DNA of 62,974 nt, filler included, from Stramenopiles sp. TOSAG23-6 (GCA_900128565.1; 9 parts of 9 records of this genome joined end to end with filler, not necessarily neighbours in it), one strand, 5' to 3'; positions 12,925 through 26,333 are shown, numbered from the whole stretch's first letter. A program made the numbers and translations. Notes: generated by a model from the letters alone, not told the origin.

Positions 12925-14175
12925 ATGGAACATACAGATGTTTTAAAAGCAAAAATCCGACATGAAATTGAAAATGAGATTGTAAAACCTCAGAATAAAA
13001 TCATCAGTGAGTTGATTGACTCCCACCAGTTAAAGGTTGATCAACTTTCCAAACTAAAAGAGGAACATGAAAACACTCTACGTAAACATAAACTTGTTAT
13101 ATTAGAACATGAAGCACTTTTGAATCCAAGTCATAAACTTCAGATGGAAAATAAAATTAGAAATGAAATAGAGAAGGAGTTGGTGGAGCCCCAGAACAAC
13201 ATTATAGAAGAGTTACTTGAATCTCACCGCGAAAACATAGATCATTTAGAGACAGTGAAGCATGAACATGCTACTGAGGTTGCAATGCACCGAAAATTAA
13301 TAGTAGATCTTAAGCATTCAAACAGTATAAAACCAGCACTTTTGGAAGCCGATATAAGGTCAAAAGTACACTCAGAACTAGTTCAACCACAGAATGAAAT
13401 AATTCAAGAATTACTTAGCAAACATAAAGAGTATAAAGATGAAATTTCTACACTTCAAAAAGATGTAACATATATAAATGACGAAATTATGCTTGAATCA
13501 GAGATTGCTTCAAATAGACTCCGCGAAATGCATCAGATTCTCGATTCAAAGACTAATGTACAGAACGAGTTAGAAGAAGCTCGGTACAATATTGAAGCTC
13601 GAGACTATAAAATCTTTGANAGAGAAAAGTCGCATGATATGTGGCGATGTTCTTTAGAGGACAAACATGCAGACACTAAGCAAAAATTAGAACACCTTCA
13701 GGCTGAATATGACGGTATTAGACAAAAAGAAATTGATAGGGAAAATTTTCTGAACACAAAAGATGTACCAAAAGACCAATACGAAAGTGAGGTTAATGTT
13801 CTTCATAAGATATACGAAAAAGGATTAAAAGATTTACGAACAAATTTACACCACCGGTTTGCTGCTAAAGAGGATGCTTGGAAAAGTATGTTTTCGTTAG
13901 AATTTGACGAGCTTCAAAATGAATACAAAGCTGAGATAGATAATATGAAAGAAAAGCATTCTACACAAGTCATCGACATGGAAATTGCAGTACAAACTGC
14001 NATCCATACTATCGAGAACGGAGCTAAAAGAGAAATAAATTCTCTGAAAGATCAAATAAAGCAATATCAAAGTATGAAAATAAGTCAAGAAATGTCTTTC
14101 AAGAAGAAACAAAGACCGAGACAAGCACCGCCATTGCGACCAACAGATTCACCANCAACGTTTTCCATACGATGA
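12925..14175 (+). CDS. Coiled-coil protein with three internal repeats (IRxEIEKELVxPQNxIIxELL)
   Basis: 416-aa E/K/L-rich ORF. Confidence 0.8.
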   Translation: MEHTDVLKAKIRHEIENEIVKPQNKIISELIDSHQLKVDQLSKLKEEHENTLRKHKLVILEHEALLNPSHKLQMENKIRNEIEKELVEPQNNIIEELLESHRENIDHLETVKHEHATEVAMHRKLIVDLKHSNSIKPALLEADIRSKVHSELVQPQNEIIQELLSKHKEYKDEISTLQKDVTYINDEIMLESEIASNRLREMHQILDSKTNVQNELEEARYNIEARDYKIFXREKSHDMWRCSLEDKHADTKQKLEHLQAEYDGIRQKEIDRENFLNTKDVPKDQYESEVNVLHKIYEKGLKDLRTNLHHRFAAKEDAWKSMFSLEFDELQNEYKAEIDNMKEKHSTQVIDMEIAVQTXIHTIENGAKREINSLKDQIKQYQSMKISQEMSFKKKQRPRQAPPLRPTDSPXTFSIR

Positions 14176-14242
14176 TTCTACTATAATCAAATTAATTTTT
14201 ACATATAAAATTTATTCGCTTTTACAAAAATGTTCTCAATGA

Positions 14243-15532
14243 TTAATGGGTTTTCATCCTCTTACCACGTTTCTCCTCCGGTACTACACTCTGAGGTCGT
14301 TTTTGTGCTCGATTTATCTGATTTTCAATTCTAATTGGTAGTAGTCTACTGCGCCCTTCACCAGTTCTAATAAATTCACGAGTTTTGAAATTTTCATACA
14401 ACTTCGCAAAGCGTAAATGAGCGCTTGCATCAAAGAAACTTTGCAAACTATAATCGATTCCTTCAAAGATTACTATCTTGCCAGGTAAAGTGTTCCAATA
14501 CAGCGCTTTAGCAACAGCCAATCTAGTATGAGCTATGTATTCATTTGCACGTTCACGTTGCTTCTTCGAATTTAAAATTAAGTCTTGCAAGTGATTTTTG
14601 TGTGTAAGAGAAGAAGAGCCTCGTAAACTACATANAACACGATTTAATCTGTGGAGATCAGTGACAGGCTTTTCGTGAAGTGTTTCCACAAATACAGCGT
14701 TGAAGAACTCCCTTGGAATTCCAACCGGTTTACACAAATTTCTATTAAATAATTCCCGAAGCTTTTCGTAGAAATAGAATGACTTCAAAGAATCTAATTT
14801 TCTGTCTGTTTTTTTCAAAAAAGATAAAGACGCCCCTTTATTTAGAAGGAGTTTCACTGCATCTAATTGTCCCCACCTCATGGCTCTTTCTAAAGCTGAC
14901 ATATTCTTACTGTCCACTGCATCAATATTTGCTCCATGGCGTATCAACGTTTCTAGAGTACTTATATGACCTTCAGTCGCAGCAACGCTCAACGCTGAAC
15001 TACATACCATCACTCGTTGACCATGGAATGGAAATAAACTAAAACCTGGGAACAACAGGGACAACCGATGGAGTGAGACAATGCTTTCTCCTACACTATC
15101 AACATTTGCACCATGTTTTATGAGAATTTCAACAATAACATTGTTCTTTTGAGAAGCTGCGACTTGGAGCGCCGTATAGTTCAATAGTTTGCATCGAATA
15201 TTGACATCTGCGTTGTTCTCCAATANTATCTTTACGATTTCTGCATGTCCAGCTCGTGCAGCTACCATTAAAGGAGTTTCTCGGTTTAATGTGCGTGTGT
15301 TCTTTGCTTTAACATTTATTGGTACTCCTTTACGCAACAAGGTTTTAAGAGTTTTAACGTCTCCACTCTCTGCAGCGAGAAAAAAATCCACGCAACTACC
15401 GGTGCAACTAATGCAAGGAATTAAGAACCCAATTGCAAAGAGGAAAGCTAAAACTTGTTTCATCTGCATAATATAATTCATTGTATGTAGGTAGCCTACC
15501 GTATTTACCATGGTCCATGAAAGTGTAGACAC
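14243..15532 (-). CDS. Ankyrin-repeat protein with N-terminal hydrophobic segment (start uncertain)
   Basis: TPLMVAARAGHAEIVK.LENNADVN, TALQVAA, SALSVAATEGH repeats. Confidence 0.85.
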   Translation of the reverse strand: MSTLSWTMVNTVGYLHTMNYIMQMKQVLAFLFAIGFLIPCISCTGSCVDFFLAAESGDVKTLKTLLRKGVPINVKAKNTRTLNRETPLMVAARAGHAEIVKIXLENNADVNIRCKLLNYTALQVAASQKNNVIVEILIKHGANVDSVGESIVSLHRLSLLFPGFSLFPFHGQRVMVCSSALSVAATEGHISTLETLIRHGANIDAVDSKNMSALERAMRWGQLDAVKLLLNKGASLSFLKKTDRKLDSLKSFYFYEKLRELFNRNLCKPVGIPREFFNAVFVETLHEKPVTDLHRLNRVXCSLRGSSSLTHKNHLQDLILNSKKQRERANEYIAHTRLAVAKALYWNTLPGKIVIFEGIDYSLQSFFDASAHLRFAKLYENFKTREFIRTGEGRSRLLPIRIENQINRAQKRPQSVVPEEKRGKRMKTH

Positions 15533-15685
15533 ACTCGTTCAAAAAGAATTTGCTACCCAAAAAAGAGTCAGCTTTTTTATTATTTTTTAATTTTACACGA
15601 AATATTCGGAAATAACTGTGAAATGAAGTCTTTGATAACAAAAAAGGTATTCTTAACTTCAATAATTCAATTTTATAATTTATAA

Positions 15686-16540
<855 letters not shown>

Positions 16541-17284
16541 CAAAAGAATACGCCAAGGAAAAACTTGTTGGTGCTATTGTGCGAGTACAAAGCACTAAAC
16601 CTCGATCTGGACGAGTGATGTTGCAATTATTTGATGGAAAAATTATTTTTAGGAGATGTGTTTTGTCTAAAGCAAACTGCGGAGACGGAATTCAGTCTTT
16701 AAAGAAAGGTGACGTTATAAAGTTATTAAGCGTAAATGTGTGTAACACAAAAGAAAATAAAATGTTTCTTGTTTTAGAGAGTTACGAGTTAATGAAAGAT
16801 GTACAGTGGCCAATTAATTTATCCAATACAGCAAATAGACCGAAAATCCCCAAAAGTCCTGTATCAAATACCAAAGTGTACGAAAATTTGTGTCGCATTG
16901 TAACACAAGATGACTTACTAGATGACAATGGTGTTGCCAGGCGCCTTACACAAGAAAGAATGGCTATTCTTCGGAAGCGAGTAGAGTGTGAAATGGGTGA
17001 ACCACAAAACTCACATCGTATTTCAGTAAAGCAAATCAGAGATGCATATGATACTTGTGTCGAAGATGCAAAACAAAAATTGCAAAGTAAGTCTTTTCAT
17101 ACACAGCCAAAAAGCGAAGAATCAGAAACAGACGAGGAGGAGGCTGAATTGAGTGAAGGTGAAGAAATGCGTCGTTATCTTGCACGCAGAGAAAAGCGTG
17201 TTCGACAGCGCGTTGGAAATTCGCAATATCTCGAAGAATCTCAACGTGAAAATGAAAATTCAATAAACGAAATGAAACCTAACC
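16541..17284 (+). CDS. Start-less fragment with an RPA1-N-like OB-fold segment, abutting RecQ back-to-back
   Basis: RVMLQLFDG...RCVL...LKKGDVIKL resembles an OB fold; no ATG or promoter space. Confidence 0.5.
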
Positions 17285-18420
17285 NNNNNNNNNNNNNNNN
17301 NNNNNNNNNNNNNNNNNNNNNNNNNNNNTTAATTAATTAANNNNNNNNNNNNNNNNNNNNNNNNNNNNNNNNNNNNNNNNNNNNTTTTTTTTTTCAATTT
17401 CGAATTTATTTTTCGTACGAAATTTTGTACCTAACGATTTTCTTTTGAAATATTTTTCCAAAATACATGGTCTGGAAGAAACAAACACACAAAAAAATGA
17501 GGTCGGATTGAAGGTCTGATTTTTGTTTGATTTATGAAATTCATTATTGTCTGGAAAATAACCAATCACAAATTTTAAACTTTAAATGAAAAAATAAATT
17601 TGTTGTACATATTCTTTTTTTTTTTAAATTTCATGCACAAAAAAAAATATAATTGTAAATAATTAGACGTGTAATATATTTATTGTATAGTGTATAAAAA
17701 AATCATTTACGTTTGTTATTGATACTACGATACGTATGCTTCATTGAAGTTATCTGTAGAAGTATCTTTCTAATATTTGATGCGTTTCAACTTGTCAGTT
17801 TCAAAAACGCCAAAAGTTCGTCATCTGTCAAAAAACCCACACCAGCAGCTCTGGATAACTCCTCAAATAATTGTGTAATAATTGCACTATTGTTGACCTG
17901 TCAGCTTGAAGTACTTGGATTCGCTTTCACTTGACTCTGTTTTTCATTGAGTTCCGTGGAAAGGTTTGGGGATGCTGTGCATATTTGGCTCGAATCCCTT
18001 TTAACATGATTGATACTTTGACTGCCTCCCAGTCACTTCGAATCTTGAATTAGTGATTGGCCTAAAACCATGCTTCTCCGTGGTTAAAAGCTGCTTTATA
18101 ATTGAATTCGAATCGTCTCGTCAAAAATAAGCAAAGTTATTCCCACACTTTACTTTCAGTGGGCCCTCTTTTGTTTTTTTTTTACTAGAAAAATAAATTT
18201 ATTCAATAAGCAATTAAAAGTAAATCCGCGCGTAATCCAAGAGAGTGCTGTTATGTCATCATCATTTTTTTTTGACTGGCTTGATCTTGACGTTGATGAT
18301 GGCGCAGGTTTGTGATTTTGATTGTGAAAAGCCAAACAGAAAAAAAAAAGCCAAAAAAAAAAAAAGCTAAAAAAAATGTTAAAAATCCTATTTTAATTTA
18401 AAGAGAAAGACTTTTAAAGA

Positions 18421-20155
18421 ATGAAGGCCTTTAGTATAAGTTTTATTGTTACGATTTTCTTCACCAAAAAAGTGAGTGGGAAAACAATAGAGGTGACTGC
18501 CATTCGCCACGGGGAGTCTCTCAATAATCTTGGTGTTAAACAGGCTTCGTCTTGGGGAATTTTAAGCGCGGGAAGTGATTTCTTCCGTCAATACCGTGAC
18601 ATTTGTCAGACTGGTATTTGTATCAATAAGGACCTAAAAGGAGATGAATACCCTGGAATTCAAGTTTTAGCTGACTTACCTACAAGTTCTGCGACACTAA
18701 GTTGCAAAATAGCCAAGGGATATTATGAGACTTGGTTTGATCATAAAAAAGAGTTTGAAAAAGCAGTGCTACGGGAACTAAACTACGCGAGTCGTGACAG
18801 TCTTCTTTCAGTAACAGGTGAAAAGACTGCCAATGAACTGGCACGTGTAATGCACCTAGACCAAAGATTTGCAAAGGAATGGTTACATACTGATATTCCT
18901 GTGTATGTCAGTGCCCTTCGTCGTAGTATTCAAACAGCATTTCATCTTTTTAGTGTAACACATAATCAATTTATCCCCAGCACAAATATCCGTGAAGCAT
19001 ATCATACCCACTCTGATTATGCATATCCTCCCAGAGTAGCTATAGATCTTGTCCATAACATCGTTAGACAACATATTCAGAGCAAACATGAAGTACTCAA
19101 AATCAATACAAAACAATTTGTGAAGGATTTATTAAGTCTTGGTGCAGATTGGCCTCAAAAAGAATATCAATATGTTTTCAATTCAAAATATTTTTTTTTT
19201 TTCAAATTTTTTTTTTCGTAGATAATTCCGTACCTAACAAAAAAAAACAAAAATGCAAAAATTAATTCATATTTTTTTTTTCAATTTTTTTTTGTAGATA
19301 ATTCCGTACCTAACAAAAAAAATTGCAAACATATTTTTTCTAGTATATTATAGAAAATATTTCAAAAGGAACATATGAAACACATCAATCTATTTGTAAA
19401 CGTATCATGTATGTTGTACTTTTTTTCAAATTCGAAATTTTTTTTCGTACGAAATTTTTGTNCCNAANANTTTTTTTTTNTTTTTTTTNAAANATTTTTT
19501 CCAAAATACATGTCATTTGAAAATAAAATTCGTCACTCTGGGACAAATAAAGCAATAATGGTCACTCATGGCGGAATTCTTGAATATTTATTTGGTCATG
19601 TTCTTCGAGTATTTTGAATTTTTTTTTTTTTTTTTGAAATTTTTTTTTTTTTTGAAATTTTTTTTTTTTTTCACGAGTACAAATAACATTACAAATACTA
19701 TACATATATATATATACCTAACATATTTGATATTTTTTGAAATATTTTCTAAATGAACATGGTGGATTTGAAAATCTTGCGTCAGTATTTGCTACTTTTG
19801 ACACAGACCTGCCTATTTCTGTGAGTCCTTGGACTACTATTGAATTTGTTAGGAACAAACTAGTCAGTTTTTCATCAACCCTAACCCTAATTTCATTTTT
19901 TTTTTTTTGTAAAAAAATTTTGTACCTAACANTTTTTTTTTTTTTTTTTTTTNACAAATACATAAAAATGAAGGCTTCCCAGGACCAAAAACAACAACGC
20001 TATTGAATGCGACATTGACAATGTCATGTGATAAAGATAGATGTCAAGAATATCGAGAGACAGTTGCACTAGGGTTAGGGTTAGGGTTAGGGTTAGAAAC
20101 AGTTGCAGTATCAGCAGATACAGTCAGTTTTGATGATGCTGTTTTCGTGTTTTAA
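18421..20155 (+). CDS. Secreted histidine phosphatase (phosphoglycerate-mutase superfamily), 5 exons; introns ~19170-19348, 19409-19511, 19600-19760, 19863-19963
   Basis: Signal-like N-terminus, IRHGES, VSALRRSIQTA, and after splicing ETHQSICKRIM|SF...VTHGG. Confidence 0.85.
19409..19511 (+). mobile_element. Repeated non-canonical intron (AT|GTATGT...AATACAT|)
   Basis: Family motifs; frame restored. Confidence 0.85.
19600..19760 (+). mobile_element. Diverged family intron (AT|GTTCTT...GAACAT|)
   Basis: TACCTAAC and GAAATATTTT present; joins FGH|GGFEN. Confidence 0.75.
19863..19963 (+). mobile_element. Family intron (TA|GTCAGT...AATACAT|) with internal CCCTAA repeats
   Basis: Joins NKL|KNEG in frame to TAA at 20155. 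Confidence 0.7.
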
Positions 20156-20446
20156 TGTCTAATTAAAAGTATGGAAATAATTCTTTACAAAGTAATAAAA
20201 TTATGAAAATTATGAAAATTAAAAAGTCATTTTTTTGAATATACACGAAATCAAATCAAATCAAATCGATCTTAAATTCAAAAAACCAAAACTTTTTTAT
20301 TATGACACGCTTCTTCGTCTGATGGCAAACAGTATCAGAAATCTGAAAGAAAGTAAACAACTCTCTTGGCTTGGCTCTTTTCAATTCCTTTTTTTTCAAT
20401 TGGCTTTTTGAAATTACGCTTTAAATCATCACACAAAGTGGCAGAC

Positions 20447-21510
20447 ATGTCGAATATAAACAAATTTGGGATGAATTATACTTCAATTGAAAAATTTCTG
20501 CATCATTCTAAATTTTCAAAGTCAATTAGACATGCAAAAGAGGAAAGTATACCTACACCTAAAAGACGTAATCCTTTTGAAAAAGGTCAACCACGAACTC
20601 CACCTTCAAGTGGTGATTCAAGTTTAGAAAGTATTCATAATGAAAAGGGAGATGATAATGTGTATTCATTAGATTATCGTACTCGGTCTTATTCACAAGT
20701 TACTGAGTCTACAGCATATGACGCTCGTGATGATGTGGGTGGACAAACCTATGCGTATCAATCCGAGTTACCTAGATTACCCATACCTTCATTGGAACAT
20801 ACTTGCTCTCAATATTTAGAAATTATTGCTCCTTTATTAACCCCTGAAGAATTTCAAGAGACACAACGTGTTACGCAAGAATTCCTTCTAAATGATGGCC
20901 CAAAACTTCATGAAAAACTTTTAGAATATATACGTTTTTCTTATCTTTCATTTTCATTTTCAATTTTTTTTTTTTCCTACGAAATTTCGTACCTAACGGA
21001 TTTTTTTTTATTATCCAAAAAAAAAAAAAAAAAAAAAATATTTTTTCACAAAATATGACAAATCACCAGAAGCTGGTAATAGTTATGTTGAAAAATTTTG
21101 GTATTCTGGTTATTTATCTCCAGATGATACTGTCGTTTTGAATTTAAATCCATTTTTTGTACTGGCAGATGATCCATATATGTTTTATTTTTTTTTACTT
21201 TAATTTTTTTTTTCGTACGAAATTTCGTACCTAACAAGTTTTTTTAGATTTTTTTTTGAAATATTTTTCCAAAATACATATATGACTGCACGGATTTCTA
21301 ATGTATCAAAATCATCAAACCCTAACCCTAATGAACCTGATCATAGCCCTAACCCTAATCATCCACAAATAAAACGTGCAGCATCGATTATTTACTCTGC
21401 ACTTCGATTTGTTGAGAAATTGAGGGATGAGTCACTAGAACCAGATGTATATTTTCATTATGAATTTTATATTTATATTTTTTTTTATACGAAATTTTGT
21501 ACCTAAGCAA

Positions 21511-21560
<50 letters not shown>

Positions 21561-21652
21561 CCAATTTTTTTTTTTCAAAGTAAAATTCGTACCTAAAAAA
21601 AATTTTTTTTTTTTTTTTTTCTCACAGTACATGAATTAGTTACCTTTTCACA
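20447..21652 (+). CDS. Choline/carnitine O-acyltransferase, 5' part; introns 20930-21056, 21178-21279, 21447-21632
   Basis: QSELPRLPIPSLEHTCSQYL, GPKLHEKLLEY|DK...SYVEKFWYSGYL...LNLNPFF, QIKRAASII. Confidence 0.92.
20930..21056 (+). mobile_element. Family intron with AT start, 127 nt (AT|ATACGT...AAATAT|)
   Basis: Frame and acyltransferase motifs restored. Confidence 0.85.
21178..21279 (+). mobile_element. Family intron with AT start, 102 nt (AT|ATATGT...AATACAT|)
   Basis: Joins DDPY|MTAR. Confidence 0.85.
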
Positions 21653-21707
21653 NNNNNNNNNNNNNNNNNNNNNNNNNNNNNNNNNNNNNNNNNNNNNNNN
21701 NNNNNNN

Positions 21708-21799
21708 TGTGAAAAGGTAACTAATTCATGTACTGTGAGAAAAAAAAAAAAAAAAAATTTTTTTTAGGTACGAATTTTACTTTGAAAAAAAAAAATTGG

Positions 21800-21849
<50 letters not shown>

Positions 21850-22913
21850 TTGCTTAGGTACAAAATTTCGTATAAAAAAAAATATAAATATAAAATTCAT
21901 AATGAAAATATACATCTGGTTCTAGTGACTCATCCCTCAATTTCTCAACAAATCGAAGTGCAGAGTAAATAATCGATGCTGCACGTTTTATTTGTGGATG
22001 ATTAGGGTTAGGGCTATGATCAGGTTCATTAGGGTTAGGGTTTGATGATTTTGATACATTAGAAATCCGTGCAGTCATATATGTATTTTGGAAAAATATT
22101 TCAAAAAAAAATCTAAAAAAACTTGTTAGGTACGAAATTTCGTACGAAAAAAAAAATTAAAGTAAAAAAAAATAAAACATATATGGATCATCTGCCAGTA
22201 CAAAAAATGGATTTAAATTCAAAACGACAGTATCATCTGGAGATAAATAACCAGAATACCAAAATTTTTCAACATAACTATTACCAGCTTCTGGTGATTT
22301 GTCATATTTTGTGAAAAAATATTTTTTTTTTTTTTTTTTTTTTGGATAATAAAAAAAAATCCGTTAGGTACGAAATTTCGTAGGAAAAAAAAAAAATTGA
22401 AAATGAAAATGAAAGATAAGAAAAACGTATATATTCTAAAAGTTTTTCATGAAGTTTTGGGCCATCATTTAGAAGGAATTCTTGCGTAACACGTTGTGTC
22501 TCTTGAAATTCTTCAGGGGTTAATAAAGGAGCAATAATTTCTAAATATTGAGAGCAAGTATGTTCCAATGAAGGTATGGGTAATCTAGGTAACTCGGATT
22601 GATACGCATAGGTTTGTCCACCCACATCATCACGAGCGTCATATGCTGTAGACTCAGTAACTTGTGAATAAGACCGAGTACGATAATCTAATGAATACAC
22701 ATTATCATCTCCCTTTTCATTATGAATACTTTCTAAACTTGAATCACCACTTGAAGGTGGAGTTCGTGGTTGACCTTTTTCAAAAGGATTACGTCTTTTA
22801 GGTGTAGGTATACTTTCCTCTTTTGCATGTCTAATTGACTTTGAAAATTTAGAATGATGCAGAAATTTTTCAATTGAAGTATAATTCATCCCAAATTTGT
22901 TTATATTCGACAT
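21708..22913 (-). CDS. Mirror copy of the carnitine acyltransferase fragment
   Basis: Reverse complement of 20447-21652. Confidence 0.6.
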
Positions 22914-23204
22914 GTCTGCCACTTTGTGTGATGATTTAAAGCGTAATTTCAAAAAGCCAATTGAAAAAAAAGGAATTGAAAAGAGCCAAGCCAAGAGAGT
23001 TGTTTACTTTCTTTCAGATTTCTGATACTGTTTGCCATCAGACGAAGAAGCGTGTCATAATAAAAAAGTTTTGGTTTTTTGAATTTAAGATCGATTTGAT
23101 TTGATTTGATTTCGTGTATATTCAAAAAAATGACTTTTTAATTTTCATAATTTTCATAATTTTATTACTTTGTAAAGAATTATTTCCATACTTTTAATTA
23201 GACA

Positions 23205-24939
23205 TTAAAACACGAAAACAGCATCATCAAAACTGACTGTATCTGCTGATACTGCAACTGTTTCTAACCCTAACCCTAACCCTAACCCTAGTGCAACTGT
23301 CTCTCGATATTCTTGACATCTATCTTTATCACATGACATTGTCAATGTCGCATTCAATAGCGTTGTTGTTTTTGGTCCTGGGAAGCCTTCATTTTTATGT
23401 ATTTGTNAAAAAAAAAAAAAAAAAAAANTGTTAGGTACAAAATTTTTTTACAAAAAAAAAAAAATGAAATTAGGGTTAGGGTTGATGAAAAACTGACTAG
23501 TTTGTTCCTAACAAATTCAATAGTAGTCCAAGGACTCACAGAAATAGGCAGGTCTGTGTCAAAAGTAGCAAATACTGACGCAAGATTTTCAAATCCACCA
23601 TGTTCATTTAGAAAATATTTCAAAAAATATCAAATATGTTAGGTATATATATATATGTATAGTATTTGTAATGTTATTTGTACTCGTGAAAAAAAAAAAA
23701 AATTTCAAAAAAAAAAAAAATTTCAAAAAAAAAAAAAAAAATTCAAAATACTCGAAGAACATGACCAAATAAATATTCAAGAATTCCGCCATGAGTGACC
23801 ATTATTGCTTTATTTGTCCCAGAGTGACGAATTTTATTTTCAAATGACATGTATTTTGGAAAAAATNTTTNAAAAAAAANAAAAAAAAANTNTTNGGNAC
23901 AAAAATTTCGTACGAAAAAAAATTTCGAATTTGAAAAAAAGTACAACATACATGATACGTTTACAAATAGATTGATGTGTTTCATATGTTCCTTTTGAAA
24001 TATTTTCTATAATATACTAGAAAAAATATGTTTGCAATTTTTTTTGTTAGGTACGGAATTATCTACAAAAAAAAATTGAAAAAAAAAATATGAATTAATT
24101 TTTGCATTTTTGTTTTTTTTTGTTAGGTACGGAATTATCTACGAAAAAAAAAATTTGAAAAAAAAAAAATATTTTGAATTGAAAACATATTGATATTCTT
24201 TTTGAGGCCAATCTGCACCAAGACTTAATAAATCCTTCACAAATTGTTTTGTATTGATTTTGAGTACTTCATGTTTGCTCTGAATATGTTGTCTAACGAT
24301 GTTATGGACAAGATCTATAGCTACTCTGGGAGGATATGCATAATCAGAGTGGGTATGATATGCTTCACGGATATTTGTGCTGGGGATAAATTGATTATGT
24401 GTTACACTAAAAAGATGAAATGCTGTTTGAATACTACGACGAAGGGCACTGACATACACAGGAATATCAGTATGTAACCATTCCTTTGCAAATCTTTGGT
24501 CTAGGTGCATTACACGTGCCAGTTCATTGGCAGTCTTTTCACCTGTTACTGAAAGAAGACTGTCACGACTCGCGTAGTTTAGTTCCCGTAGCACTGCTTT
24601 TTCAAACTCTTTTTTATGATCAAACCAAGTCTCATAATATCCCTTGGCTATTTTGCAACTTAGTGTCGCAGAACTTGTAGGTAAGTCAGCTAAAACTTGA
24701 ATTCCAGGGTATTCATCTCCTTTTAGGTCCTTATTGATACAAATACCAGTCTGACAAATGTCACGGTATTGACGGAAGAAATCACTTCCCGCGCTTAAAA
24801 TTCCCCAAGACGAAGCCTGTTTAACACCAAGATTATTGAGAGACTCCCCGTGGCGAATGGCAGTCACCTCTATTGTTTTCCCACTCACTTTTTTGGTGAA
24901 GAAAATCGTAACAATAAAACTTATACTAAAGGCCTTCAT
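23205..24939 (-). CDS. Mirror copy of the histidine phosphatase
   Basis: Reverse complement of 18421-20155. Confidence 0.6.
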
Positions 24940-26130
24940 TCTTTAAAAGTCTTTCTCTTTAAATTAAAATAGGATTTTTAACATTTTTTTTAGCTTTTTT
25001 TTTTTTTGGCTTTTTTTTTTCTGTTTGGCTTTTCACAATCAAAATCACAAACCTGCGCCATCATCAACGTCAAGATCAAGCCAGTCAAAAAAAAATGATG
25101 ATGACATAACAGCACTCTCTTGGATTACGCGCGGATTTACTTTTAATTGCTTATTGAATAAATTTATTTTTCTAGTAAAAAAAAAACAAAAGAGGGCCCA
25201 CTGAAAGTAAAGTGTGGGAATAACTTTGCTTATTTTTGACGAGACGATTCGAATTCAATTATAAAGCAGCTTTTAACCACGGAGAAGCATGGTTTTAGGC
25301 CAATCACTAATTCAAGATTCGAAGTGACTGGGAGGCAGTCAAAGTATCAATCATGTTAAAAGGGATTCGAGCCAAATATGCACAGCATCCCCAAACCTTT
25401 CCACGGAACTCAATGAAAAACAGAGTCAAGTGAAAGCGAATCCAAGTACTTCAAGCTGACAGGTCAACAATAGTGCAATTATTACACAATTATTTGAGGA
25501 GTTATCCAGAGCTGCTGGTGTGGGTTTTTTGACAGATGACGAACTTTTGGCGTTTTTGAAACTGACAAGTTGAAACGCATCAAATATTAGAAAGATACTT
25601 CTACAGATAACTTCAATGAAGCATACGTATCGTAGTATCAATAACAAACGTAAATGATTTTTTTATACACTATACAATAAATATATTACACGTCTAATTA
25701 TTTACAATTATATTTTTTTTTGTGCATGAAATTTAAAAAAAAAAAGAATATGTACAACAAATTTATTTTTTCATTTAAAGTTTAAAATTTGTGATTGGTT
25801 ATTTTCCAGACAATAATGAATTTCATAAATCAAACAAAAATCAGACCTTCAATCCGACCTCATTTTTTTGTGTGTTTGTTTCTTCCAGACCATGTATTTT
25901 GGAAAAATATTTCAAAAGAAAATCGTTAGGTACAAAATTTCGTACGAAAAATAAATTCGAAATTGAAAAAAAAAANNNNNNNNNNNNNNNNNNNNNNNNN
26001 NNNNNNNNNNNNNNNNNNNTTAATTAATTAANNNNNNNNNNNNNNNNNNNNNNNNNNNNNNNNNNNNNNNNNNNNCATACGAAATTTCGTACCTAACGAT
26101 TTTTTTTTGAAATATTTTTTCACAATACAT

Positions 26131-26333
26131 TTAAGATGAGTACCAGACGACCTATGAGTGCCGATGCTCTTCGTGACGGGTTAGGGTTTTCATCAACTTT
26201 ATCGTCGACTACTAGTCTTTCTCAATATAAGAAAAATATTTGGAATGTAAATGAGCTCAAACCTCTTGGAAAGAAAAAATCTAAGAGGAGTCGAATTGTA
26301 GTTAAAAGTGAATCTTCATCATTATTTTTTTGA
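26131..26333 (+). CDS. Terminal exon of an unknown gene after a truncated family intron (26076-26130)
   Basis: ...CACAATACAT| followed by an open frame to TGA. Confidence 0.6.

Larger units (their letters stand above)
17385..25974. repeat. Whole-contig inverted duplication (17385-21652 mirrored at 21708-25974) around an N gap
   Basis: Paired ORF coordinates sum to 43360; ambiguous bases are mirrored too. Confidence 0.97.

Noticed and set aside
19375-21925. Short poly-Phe/poly-Lys ORFs in the ORF track
   Set aside because: They are translations of intron T-tracts.
17385-25974. 4.3-kb-arm perfect palindrome as a biological structure
   Set aside because: It is centred on an N gap and ambiguous bases are mirrored. 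This is typical of a scaffolding or whole-genome-amplification fold-back artefact.
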